64,000 nt of DNA from Candidatus Altimarinota bacterium (GCA_046314355.1 JBKBWQ010000001.1:320001-384000), one strand, 5' to 3'. Positions 18,104 to 26,980 are shown, counted from the stretch's first letter. The notes: generated by a model not told the origin, from the letters alone. Numbers and translations are program-made.

Positions 18104-19186
18104 TTATTCGCGACCAACGTAAAGGCGCACACCAACGTTGCCGTCAATATTTCCTTCATAAGTATCACGCACACTAGTACTTACAGATCCAGGGATCTGT
18201 GGTACTGAAATTGTGACACTTCCTCCACTCACTGTGCCGGTGAACGTAGGTCTTGACGAATTTGAAGTCATGATCAAGGTAAAAGTCTTACCATTGAAAT
18301 CATTCAGACCGCCAAATACTAAGTTAACATTATCTCCACTACGGCTGGCATCTAGACCAATTCTAGAATCCTTTCTAGAATTATTCCCAGATTCCTGCTT
18401 TACAACAAAATTAGAGCCGTTTGTTTGGCTTACAACCAATCTGGATTGATCAGCGTTAAGTTGTAGAGAAGTAACGTTATTGCTTGTTGCTGTACGCACT
18501 GTATAGGTAAATGTGAAAGTTGAACCGTTTGAATTAAATCCTTTTAACTCAACACTGTAGTTAGTATCAGCAGATAAACCGCTGTAAGTAACACTTCTTT
18601 CATTATAGAGAGTTTTTACGTCTCCATTATTTAGCCTAGACTCGATTCTTTGGAGGTTTTCACCTCCGAAATTTACAGTGAATCCACTACTGGTGATACC
18701 AGTGGCAGAAACATTGTTGATTACCGGAGAACCTACATTGGCAGATGATGATGGGCTTGGTGTTGGTGTTGAGATAAGTGTAAAAATCACATTACCATTT
18801 TCGATGGTAACTTTGTCAATTTTACGAACTCCTCCTTCTTCAAATGTTACTTCGTAATATGTTGAAGAAATCCTGGTTGCCTTGATCACTGGATAATTAA
18901 GAGCAGAATAATGAGTTAACATTACTCCTTTCTCTTCATTATTATCTAATGAAGTATATTTACCAGGGGCAGTTGATGCAGATGCGCTTGGAGTAGGTGT
19001 CGCATTACCACTAAGGCGGTACTGTTTGCCAGCTCTAATCTCAAATAATCCTTCGCTATCACGGTAAATCCCATCGGGCATTGCTGCCACATTGATAGAA
19101 CTTACTGGAGCACAACCAGTTACGATTGAACCAAAACCACCGAAAGTTAAAATTCCAACTAATATTAAAGTCTTTACGTTTTTCAT
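18104..19186 (-). CDS. Putative lipoprotein with FN3-like domain and shared C-terminal domain
   Basis: IVTGC lipobox; TPTPSAS linkers; YSGLSADTNYSVEL FN3 motif; AAGGAGA SD. Confidence 0.75.
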   Translation of the reverse strand: MKNVKTLILVGILTFGGFGSIVTGCAPVSSINVAAMPDGIYRDSEGLFEIRAGKQYRLSGNATPTPSASASTAPGKYTSLDNNEEKGVMLTHYSALNYPVIKATRISSTYYEVTFEEGGVRKIDKVTIENGNVIFTLISTPTPSPSSSANVGSPVINNVSATGITSSGFTVNFGGENLQRIESRLNNGDVKTLYNERSVTYSGLSADTNYSVELKGFNSNGSTFTFTYTVRTATSNNVTSLQLNADQSRLVVSQTNGSNFVVKQESGNNSRKDSRIGLDASRSGDNVNLVFGGLNDFNGKTFTLIMTSNSSRPTFTGTVSGGSVTISVPQIPGSVSTSVRDTYEGNIDGNVGVRLYVGRE

Positions 19187-19431
19187 AATAAATCTCCTTG
19201 CCTCTCGGCATTCTCTATATCATTTTAATATATTTGGCTTTTGAGATGACTACATCCCTTCAAGGTCAAGTGAGAGATATCCTCTCATAAATCCTCTATT
19301 ACTAATGTAATCACCCTCGCATTTTTATGTATATGCTTTCTTGGGGGAACCTAGTTGTTAAAGAACTTATGACAGGATAAGATATCCTGGTCACTTGACT
19401 TCAAGAAGAAATGTTTGTTTCTCTTAAGTCG
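19187..19431 (-). promoter_or_regulatory. Long structured 5' leader with boxA-like element
   Basis: Long-range pairs 19265-19273/19391-19399 and 19278-19290/19367-19379; GTTCTTTAACAA at 19355-19366. Confidence 0.55.
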
Positions 19432-19436
19432 AGGGT

Positions 19437-19464
19437 ATTATACATAAACTACTTATCTTGTCAA
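19437..19464 (-). promoter_or_regulatory. Consensus sigma70 promoter
   Basis: TTGACA-16 bp-TATAAT. Confidence 0.8.
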
Positions 19465-19609
19465 CATATTTCACAACAATTATTACATTTTGTATATGAT
19501 GCTATATTTTAGCTTCTACCAACGCATTTTATACTTACATTTTTAAAATATTTATAACCTAGATCGAATATTTTAAACTTTTTATATCTTATAGTACAAA
19601 TTTTATTAT

Positions 19610-19638
19610 AAAAAAGCTGCCATAGTATGGCAGCTTTT
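19610..19638 (-). terminator. Intrinsic terminator
   Basis: AAAAGCTGCCAT-loop-ATGGCAGCTTTT. Confidence 0.8.
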
Positions 19639-19663
19639 ATTTTACTCAACAGAAAAAGATTAA

Positions 19664-21016
19664 TTAATACTTAATTTCTCCCCATATGATTCCGGAGAAC
19701 TGTCCAAAACTTGTAAGACCCGAAGGCACTAATACAGCTTTTAGATTGAAATTCAGTAATCCAACCTTGTAATCAAACTCAGGTCCAACACCTACCATCC
19801 AAGATTCTGGGTTTTTCAGTCCATACACACCTATTCTTAATGGAACAGGCGCATAAGGTCTTATGCTCGCACCAGCAAATCCTTCACTGCTCCATCCTAG
19901 AAAGGCAGGGTAGAATTCACCACGACCGGTAAACTTCAGCATTCCTTCAAGAGGTGTGACCTCTATCTCAGCAATACCCGCCGGCACAAGACCATAACTT
20001 CCATAATTATACCGTCCTCCGCCCAATAGACGAAGCGTCACAATATCTGAAAACATTGCCTTGCCGCCGATACCAAAGAATGTGGAGGAAAAGTTAGATC
20101 CAAACGCATTTGGAATCTGCGCTGTTCCTCTTATGTCCGCAGCAGGTGCCACAGAAAAATCTTTAGCAACTTCTACTCCTTCCCACCAAGGTAGTGTCAC
20201 CACAGGCGTTTGAGATGGAATAGGTATTGCAGTTGGTGATGCAGAAGGAACAGGGGATTGGGATTTTTGTCTCTCCAATTCTTTTACCTTCTCTTCAAGA
20301 GCTTTTTGTTCCTGCTGCTGCTGTTTCAACTTCCTTTTTATGTCTTCTAACTCCGGATCTTTTGTAGGTACCGGAGTGGGGGTAGCGAGAACTGTAGGTG
20401 TAGGTGTCGCGACAGGTTTAATACAGTTTCTTCCAAGTTCCTTTAGAGCATCATCTTGTAGCCCTTGGATATATTTATGCCCATCAGTTTTATCCACTAA
20501 CTGGGCAGCAAATATTTCCAGAGTACCAGGAGTAAAAAAATAGGTTTTAGCACTTAAACGTGCCTGACCTAAGTCATCGACTACTTGTTGTGTTTCTCCA
20601 AGTAGTTTATAAGTAACGATTAGTTCATATGGTCTTCCCCGATTCTGGGTTCTTACACCTAATACTAATTTTCCATTTACACAGGAAGAAGTAATAGGGT
20701 TTAATTCCATAGGAGTAACCGCAACTTTTTTGATCGGAACCACCGGTGTCTTTTTTACCGCCGGTTTCACAGGAACTTGTTTTTTTACAACAGGTACCTG
20801 CTTGATCACTTTTTTAGGCTGAATCTTTTTGACTCCTGTATTCTTTTTTGAAGAAGCAGGAGCAATTTTTTTAAGAGTATTCTGCTTCGGTTTCACACTA
20901 GGTGTCACCTTTTTCTTAATTACTTCAGCTTTTTTAGCATATGAGATACTAGCAAAAGTAGGAGTAATAAATCCTGCAGCAATCATACATGCCACAACTG
21001 CGTTTCTAAAAGCCAT
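19664..21016 (-). CDS. Secreted protein: Lys/Pro-rich N-terminus, small Cys-pair domain, coiled coil, C-terminal beta-barrel-like region
   Basis: Signal peptide; LEDIKRKLKQQQQEQKALEEKVKELE; amphipathic Gly/aromatic strands ending WGEIKY; AAGGAGG SD. Confidence 0.6.
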   Translation of the reverse strand: MAFRNAVVACMIAAGFITPTFASISYAKKAEVIKKKVTPSVKPKQNTLKKIAPASSKKNTGVKKIQPKKVIKQVPVVKKQVPVKPAVKKTPVVPIKKVAVTPMELNPITSSCVNGKLVLGVRTQNRGRPYELIVTYKLLGETQQVVDDLGQARLSAKTYFFTPGTLEIFAAQLVDKTDGHKYIQGLQDDALKELGRNCIKPVATPTPTVLATPTPVPTKDPELEDIKRKLKQQQQEQKALEEKVKELERQKSQSPVPSASPTAIPIPSQTPVVTLPWWEGVEVAKDFSVAPAADIRGTAQIPNAFGSNFSSTFFGIGGKAMFSDIVTLRLLGGGRYNYGSYGLVPAGIAEIEVTPLEGMLKFTGRGEFYPAFLGWSSEGFAGASIRPYAPVPLRIGVYGLKNPESWMVGVGPEFDYKVGLLNFNLKAVLVPSGLTSFGQFSGIIWGEIKY

Positions 21017-21312
21017 ATACGGCCTCCTTTTTATCTATAATACTTTATTAACGTTTTTATATTCATGTACTTTCAAAAAAATTAATCTTTCCTGTTTGTA
21101 AATGAACATTTGCAATCTGCACGACTTTTAATATCGCCAACTTGCGATATATGTATAATGTACCCTTATATATAAGTCAATAAAAGCAGAGCTATTAGAA
21201 TGTTTTATTGAAACTAAAATACTCTATATGTATAGTTTAACAAAGTTCTGTCGTTCAGCATAGCAGAGAATGACTACTCGAATAGGGAATATAAACCATA
21301 TATCTAATTATC

Positions 21313-21355
21313 TTTATAGTTTATAGTTGACTATAAACTATAAACTATATACAAT
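21313..21355 (+). promoter_or_regulatory. Promoter overlapped by an operator-like inverted repeat; leaderless geometry
   Basis: TTTATAGTTTATAGT-TG-ACTATAAACTATAAA; TTGACT-17 bp-TACAAT with ATG starting 7 nt after the -10. Confidence 0.7.
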
Positions 21356-21361
21356 AAGATC

Positions 21362-22345
21362 ATGAAAACACTTACAGGACAAAAAATAGTAGAATATATA
21401 GAAGAGCATTCTCAAGCAACAGCAAAAGAGTTGTCAGAGTTTTTGAATATAAGTCCACAGGCGCTTTTTCGACAGCTTGCAAAGCTGCAGGAACGCGGGC
21501 AGATTACAAAGATAGGAACACCGCCTAAGGTGTTTTATCTACCTGTAACAAAAGGGAAGGAGGCTATCCTGGAAAGCACAGATCTCACCGCTGAAGAAAG
21601 ACAAGTTATTGATACTCAATATATCCACATCACTCCGCTTGGGGAGAAAAAAGAAGGAATAGAAGGCTTTATATACTGGACTGAAAAAACACATCAGCCT
21701 TTTCATAAGACTGCTCATGAATACATTCAGGCTATAAAGAAGTATGACAAATTTAAAGATCATGGACTTATTGATGCGACTTCAAAGCTGCAGAATACTT
21801 TTGAGGAATTTTTTCTAGATAAGCTCTATTATCTAGACTTCTATAGCATTGAACGCTTCGGAAAGACGAAGCTTGGCCAGCTTCTCCTCTACGCAAAACA
21901 AAGTCAGAATATGAGACTAATGAAAGAGCTCATTGCAGTTATTGAACCAAATCTAAAGGAACTTATAGTGAGATGTAATATTGACGCAATAGGGTTTATC
22001 CCTCCGACAGTAAAGCGTGAAACGCAATTTATGAAGGTACTCGAGAGCGCACTCCAGCTCAATATTCACAAGCTGCCTATCATAAAAATAAAATCAGAGA
22101 TTATGGTTCCTCAGAAGACTTTAACAAAACTTGCCGATAGAATAGAGAATGCTCAAAAAACCATGTTCGTTGATACGAAAACAGTATACAATAATGTTCT
22201 CCTTATCGATGATGCGGTAGGGTCGGGAGCAACTCTCAATGAAACAGCTGGTCAGATCCGGAGAAGAGGTCTCTGTACCGGAAAGATTATCGGAGTGGCA
22301 ATCACAGGAAGCCTCAATGGATTTGATGTTATAAGCGAAGTATAA
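21362..22345 (+). CDS. Winged-HTH + phosphoribosyltransferase-domain protein
   Basis: ATAKELSEFLNISPQALFRQLAKL; VLLIDDAVGSGATL PRPP-binding loop. Confidence 0.85.
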   Translation: MKTLTGQKIVEYIEEHSQATAKELSEFLNISPQALFRQLAKLQERGQITKIGTPPKVFYLPVTKGKEAILESTDLTAEERQVIDTQYIHITPLGEKKEGIEGFIYWTEKTHQPFHKTAHEYIQAIKKYDKFKDHGLIDATSKLQNTFEEFFLDKLYYLDFYSIERFGKTKLGQLLLYAKQSQNMRLMKELIAVIEPNLKELIVRCNIDAIGFIPPTVKRETQFMKVLESALQLNIHKLPIIKIKSEIMVPQKTLTKLADRIENAQKTMFVDTKTVYNNVLLIDDAVGSGATLNETAGQIRRRGLCTGKIIGVAITGSLNGFDVISEV

Positions 22346-22368
22346 ATTTTCTTTTTTCTTTTTTTATC

Positions 22369-22677
22369 ATGCAGAAATTACTCCTCATTACCGTTACTGG
22401 TGAGATGAATCCCATAGAGTTTAAAAATCATATCGTCTATAAGGTACAACATTATAATACTCACCTGCTATCTCCCAAACATCCTGAGATCACTGGAAAC
22501 GTAGAGTCGCTCAGCGATGATACTATCCGCATCCGTGCAGAGGGAGAAGAGTCAGACTTGCAGTTTGTGCTTGAACAAGCAAAGATAGGTCCCATCCTCT
22601 CCCATATTCAGAACGTTCATTATGAATGGAAGCCTGCGGGGAACAAGTACAAGCTATTTGGTATTAAAAGAGCTTAA
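22369..22677 (+). CDS. Acylphosphatase-like protein (divergent)
   Basis: ITGNVESLSDDTIRIRAEGEE, GPILSHIQNV; the catalytic GxVQGVxFR loop is not conserved. Confidence 0.6.
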   Translation: MQKLLLITVTGEMNPIEFKNHIVYKVQHYNTHLLSPKHPEITGNVESLSDDTIRIRAEGEESDLQFVLEQAKIGPILSHIQNVHYEWKPAGNKYKLFGIKRA

Positions 22678-22678
22678 T

Positions 22679-23410
22679 ATGACACTGCATTCTTTTTTTC
22701 TTCCGGGATTTCAAACTAATACTGATGAGACTTCGGTCCTTTCTGAAAAGGCGTATCCTGAATGTTTCCATCAAATCTCTACCGTACTTCGCGCAAAGAA
22801 GGGAACAGAGTTTTACCTGCTGAACAATCTTGGTCAGCGCTATCTTATGCGTATTACGCAGATAGAAAAAAAATCTATGACTGTTCTCTGTATAAAAATA
22901 GAATCAAAGGAAGCTGAGAATACTTTAAGCCTATGGATACCACTCATAAAACTACCAAAACTTGAAGCTGCACTTCAAATGTATACACAATTAGGAGTAA
23001 CTCATTTCAAAATTTTCAGGAGTGATTTTACTGACGAGAAAATAGAAATCCTGTCAGAAGCCAAAAAAGAGAGACTGCTTCGTATAATTACAGAGGCAAG
23101 TGAACAGTCAGAGCGTTTTTTCATTCCTACAATAGAATATCTTCTGACGGATTTTAAAAATGCTGAATACACTGAGAATATCTATGTGGCAGTTGAAAGA
23201 AATCAGCTTCAAAAGCAAGATCACTCAAAGGAATCAATCCGAAGTGTCATGATTGGTCCAGAAGGAGGATGGAGCAGCACGGAAATTACATTTTTCAAAA
23301 AAGACCCAAGGTTTTATCCATTGGATCTTCATTGTACAAATATACTGAGAGCAGAGACTGCTGCGGTGGTGGCAGTAGCATTGAGTCATTCTGAGCGAAA
23401 CGTAGTGTAG
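22679..23410 (+). CDS. rsmE: 16S rRNA m3U1498 methyltransferase
   Basis: HQISTVLR, EASEQSER, IGPEGGWS, ILRAETA. Confidence 0.93.
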   Translation: MTLHSFFLPGFQTNTDETSVLSEKAYPECFHQISTVLRAKKGTEFYLLNNLGQRYLMRITQIEKKSMTVLCIKIESKEAENTLSLWIPLIKLPKLEAALQMYTQLGVTHFKIFRSDFTDEKIEILSEAKKERLLRIITEASEQSERFFIPTIEYLLTDFKNAEYTENIYVAVERNQLQKQDHSKESIRSVMIGPEGGWSSTEITFFKKDPRFYPLDLHCTNILRAETAAVVAVALSHSERNVV

Positions 23411-23475
23411 TCGAAGGATCTGTATTTGGTAATTACTTAGAGTAATCCCGAAGGCAAATGACCGTGCTGGATGAC
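23385..23475. repeat. Degenerate REP-like palindromic element (GTCATTCTGAGCG...GGATGAC type)
   Basis: Left end GTCATTCTGAGCGAAACGTAGTGTAGTCGAAGGATCT, right end GGATGAC; lies between convergent genes. Confidence 0.55.
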
Positions 23476-23477
23476 GA

Positions 23478-24599
23478 TTAAAAGCTCTGCTTCTTGTACC
23501 AGTCCCAATCATAGGAAAGTACAGTAGTATCCCATGGGCGGTAAGATGAGTATACCTTTTTTGCCGTCTGATGAGTAAACTCCTTTCCATCAAATACCTT
23601 ATTTTTCATAAACTCATATTTCTTGGCAAGTTGAACGTTTCCTTTTGCAAGTACTTTAAACTCGTCTGCGTGAAGAGTATAGTAGTTGAAGGTCTCTGCG
23701 AAATCCTCAAAAGGATCAGAGCTTGCATATCCGCTTACAAAACCTTCATTATTTGTAGAAATTTTCTCATTTGAATTCTTCCAAGAGATTGCGTAGAACT
23801 CACTGCTCACATCATCTGTAGCGATAGAAGTATCTCCATCCATAAATCCTGAAGCATTCCCTCGTCCGCTGCCAGTAAAATGTCCAAGATCCACCACATG
23901 TCCAAGCTCATGTATTGCCACTCCTACCAATTCACTATCTTTCATATCGCTTACTCGTAAGATCATTGTATTAGATCCAGCAAGTCCTCTAGGTCCTTCT
24001 GAAGATGTCTTGAGTGTTAGATTTACAAGAGGATTTGTAAACTTTGCAGGAAATTTCTGAAACATTGCAGCAAGAGTCTGTTCTATATGTGCCGTCTCTG
24101 CAGAAGAAAGCTCGTTAGTAGCATCCTGGATAGTAAAATTACGTATCAACTCAGAAAGAGACTTCTGCTTAGTATTATTTACTGTTGCTACCGTTTCCTT
24201 TACTGGTGCTGGAGCATCGACTACTACAGGTGAAGAAGAAAGAATAGTGTTAACAACAGAGACACTTTCTTCCTCTACTATTTCAATTTCATTTTTAGGA
24301 CTCCACTGCGTATCTGGGATTATCTCAATAGGCTGAGGATTGAAACTTATCACTGAAGTATTCTTCTCATCAACTCTCGGCATATTATCAAATATACCTT
24401 CTAGGAGCATATGCACATCAAAGGATGCAATACGCTCACCAAATGTAGGAGCCATACCAAACACACCTCCTAAAGAAGAGCTGTCTGCAACTATCACATT
24501 CTCATTTGCCACTGTATGGAAAGCAACCGGTTCAGTTACACTTGCAATAAGCGTAAAAGAAACTACTGCCGTAAAAATGGTTGTAAGTGTTTTTTTCAC
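23478..24599 (-). CDS. Secreted zinc metallopeptidase (gluzincin-type)
   Basis: Signal-like start VKKTLTTIF (GTG 24599); HELGH; YASSDPFEDFAETF. Confidence 0.8.
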   Translation of the reverse strand: MKKTLTTIFTAVVSFTLIASVTEPVAFHTVANENVIVADSSSLGGVFGMAPTFGERIASFDVHMLLEGIFDNMPRVDEKNTSVISFNPQPIEIIPDTQWSPKNEIEIVEEESVSVVNTILSSSPVVVDAPAPVKETVATVNNTKQKSLSELIRNFTIQDATNELSSAETAHIEQTLAAMFQKFPAKFTNPLVNLTLKTSSEGPRGLAGSNTMILRVSDMKDSELVGVAIHELGHVVDLGHFTGSGRGNASGFMDGDTSIATDDVSSEFYAISWKNSNEKISTNNEGFVSGYASSDPFEDFAETFNYYTLHADEFKVLAKGNVQLAKKYEFMKNKVFDGKEFTHQTAKKVYSSYRPWDTTVLSYDWDWYKKQSF

Positions 24600-24799
24600 A
24601 AAATAAAGGAGAAACAAAATAAAATTCTCTCTCTTTATATGTTTATGTGTGATAGTAAAAGGGAAGCATTGACGAATAGCTTTGACCCCCTGAACGTGAA
24701 AGCAATATATACTTGTTTTACAAAATGTCAATATATTATAGAAAGATATTTATATTATCTTTGAGACAAATATCTCTACACATTTTATATGCTAATTTT

Positions 24800-24835
24800 T
24801 CTAAAAAAAGCCTTTGTGTAAAAGGCTTTTTTAGA
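24800..24835 (-). terminator. Intrinsic terminator
   Basis: AAAAAAGCCTTT-loop-AAAGGCTTTTTT. Confidence 0.75.
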
Positions 24836-24852
24836 TAAATGATATGAGATCT

Positions 24853-25344
24853 TTATTTTAACAAGTCTCCCAATGCATCAAAAGGACTTGAGGGTCTTTC
24901 TTCTTTTAAATCGCTGAGTCCTTTGCAGTCTTCCTTACAAAGAGGAGCGAGAGGTACCATCAGGAGTATCTCCTGGCGAAGCATTTCATCGATTTCCAGA
25001 GCTCTAAAGGTCATATCTACACGGAATATATCCTCTGCAGCTTCTCCTTTAAATTCTTCAGGAATATGCACATAGTATTCGCGGATTGATGTCTTTCCAT
25101 CCTTTATTTCATAAGGAAACTTTTTTAGGCATCTGCTGCATGTAAGTTCAAGCTTACATTTTATTTCCTTGATTTCCAAAAGAAAGGCATGACTTGCTTT
25201 CAGTACAATGGCATTTCCCGAGATAGGTGAGAGCAGGCGGCTATCCTCATCCTCAAGGTAGTTTTCTGAATATTCAGAAGTAAATTCTTCTTCATATCTG
25301 CTCCCTACATCCTTTCCTAAAATAGTTTTAATTGAAATTCTCAT
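24853..25344 (-). CDS. DUF177/YceD family protein
   Basis: CSRCL, QEILLMVP, LCKEDCKGL, SPFDAL. Confidence 0.88.
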   Translation of the reverse strand: MRISIKTILGKDVGSRYEEEFTSEYSENYLEDEDSRLLSPISGNAIVLKASHAFLLEIKEIKCKLELTCSRCLKKFPYEIKDGKTSIREYYVHIPEEFKGEAAEDIFRVDMTFRALEIDEMLRQEILLMVPLAPLCKEDCKGLSDLKEERPSSPFDALGDLLK

Positions 25345-25350
25345 ATTGTA

Positions 25351-26022
25351 TTAGTCTCTACCTGCAAGAAAGAACCGCAGTATAGAGGTAAAAAGATTAA
25401 TAAAATCAAGGTATAGTCCCATAGCCGCACTCAGAAACATTTCATCAGGATACCTTTCCTTTATATTCTGAATATCATACGCAGTATACACGGTGAATAC
25501 AATAATACCCATGATGGAAGCAATCATTTCAAGAATATTTGTCTGTAGAAACATATTCAATACTGAGATCAGAATGATACCGATTACAGATACAAATAAT
25601 ATTCCTCCAAGTGAACTTAGATCTTTCTTAGTGATCCATCCCCAAAGCCCTGCTGCAGCAAAGGTAAATGTAGTTGCAAGCAATGCCTTTAAAATAAGAG
25701 GTATACCTCCTACCGCTCCAGCACTTGCAAGGATCGGGGTAAGTGTAAATCCTGAAATGATGGCAAAAAGAGCAAACAGTATATATCCAAGCGGACGGAT
25801 ACCTTGTACTTTATGTACAGCAATTACTAAACCTAAAGAGACGATAAATGCTCCTATGGTAAAGAATGAATTGAAGAATAATTCCGGAAAACTTAACATA
25901 GTAAAAATACCGAGCCATACACCTCCTGCTGAGAGCAGAATAGCCATAGCAAAGAAAAAGAATACTTTATTTACAAATGCAGCTCTATTTTGAGCTCCTT
26001 GGAATGTTGGAGTTGAATACAT
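25351..26022 (-). CDS. Bax inhibitor-1/YccA family membrane protein
   Basis: About 7 TM segments; TKKDLS, YDIQNI, LYLDFINLF. Confidence 0.92.
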   Translation of the reverse strand: MYSTPTFQGAQNRAAFVNKVFFFFAMAILLSAGGVWLGIFTMLSFPELFFNSFFTIGAFIVSLGLVIAVHKVQGIRPLGYILFALFAIISGFTLTPILASAGAVGGIPLILKALLATTFTFAAAGLWGWITKKDLSSLGGILFVSVIGIILISVLNMFLQTNILEMIASIMGIIVFTVYTAYDIQNIKERYPDEMFLSAAMGLYLDFINLFTSILRFFLAGRD

Positions 26023-26097
26023 ATCTAATTGAATGAATAATACAACATCTGTAGTCTACAGAGGATTGTGTAAAAAGTCAAAAATGAAGATGAGTAC

Positions 26098-26544
26098 TTA
26101 AGATTGGAAGAAACGCTCAAGTATAATCTGCGCAGCAACAGCGTCTTTTCTTACCTTCCTAAGTTCACGAGGATCTTCCACAAGCATCGCCATTCGATTT
26201 TCAGCCTCTTGGGTGGATACATGTTCATCTATAAAGGTAATGGGGACTTCCGTAAGCCGTGCTAATACGTTTTCAGTATCTTTGATAGCCTTATTTGCAC
26301 GTTCGTTTTGCTGATCCGGCACATAACCTATAACAATTCCTATAATACTCTCTGTATTAAAAATATTATTTAAGAAGGAAAGAAGAAGCTCTTCTTTCCC
26401 ATCCCATTTACATACATCATATGGGTAAGCCATCTTCGATTTCTCTGAGGCAAGCGCAGCACCAATATATTTACTACCTACATCAAGAGCTAAGATTTTA
26501 TCAATCTTAAGAGCTGCGTAGATGTGCTTAGGCCTCTTTGACAT
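26098..26544 (-). CDS. ruvX: YqgF/RuvX family nuclease (start uncertain)
   Basis: ILALDVGSKYIGAA, FIDEHVST, DAVAAQIILE. Confidence 0.88.
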   Translation of the reverse strand: MSKRPKHIYAALKIDKILALDVGSKYIGAALASEKSKMAYPYDVCKWDGKEELLLSFLNNIFNTESIIGIVIGYVPDQQNERANKAIKDTENVLARLTEVPITFIDEHVSTQEAENRMAMLVEDPRELRKVRKDAVAAQIILERFFQS

Positions 26545-26980
26545 TGACTGCGAGTGAAGCATGGATACCTAGACCAAGGTTTACCTTGACGTCGTGTGAT
26601 CCGAGAGATTTAATATGCGTCATGCGTATTTGCTTAGCCTCAACCTCAATTTTATGCTGTTTAAATAATTCCTCTGCAATGTCTTTCTCAGCAATCGACC
26701 CATAAAGAGTCTTTGCATCAGTGGATTTTACCTTAAGCATCAATGGAGAGATACTCTCAATCTTACGCTTCATTTCATCACCATGAGCCTTCATCTCGTC
26801 ACTTTTCTGTGACTGTTTCTTTCTCATCTCCTCAGCTCTCTTTACATCCTGCTGAGTAGGGATCTTACCCAACCCCTGGGGCACAAGATAGTTAAGAGCA
26901 TACCCATTAGATACTTCTACGATATCATGCATATTTCCAATATTTGGGATCTTTTTGAGAAGCAATACTTTAATTTTCAT
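26528..26980 (-). CDS. rplI: 50S ribosomal protein L9
   Basis: VEVSNGYALNYLVP, LYGSI, IKSLG. Confidence 0.95.
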   Translation of the reverse strand: MKIKVLLLKKIPNIGNMHDIVEVSNGYALNYLVPQGLGKIPTQQDVKRAEEMRKKQSQKSDEMKAHGDEMKRKIESISPLMLKVKSTDAKTLYGSIAEKDIAEELFKQHKIEVEAKQIRMTHIKSLGSHDVKVNLGLGIHASLAVNVKEA

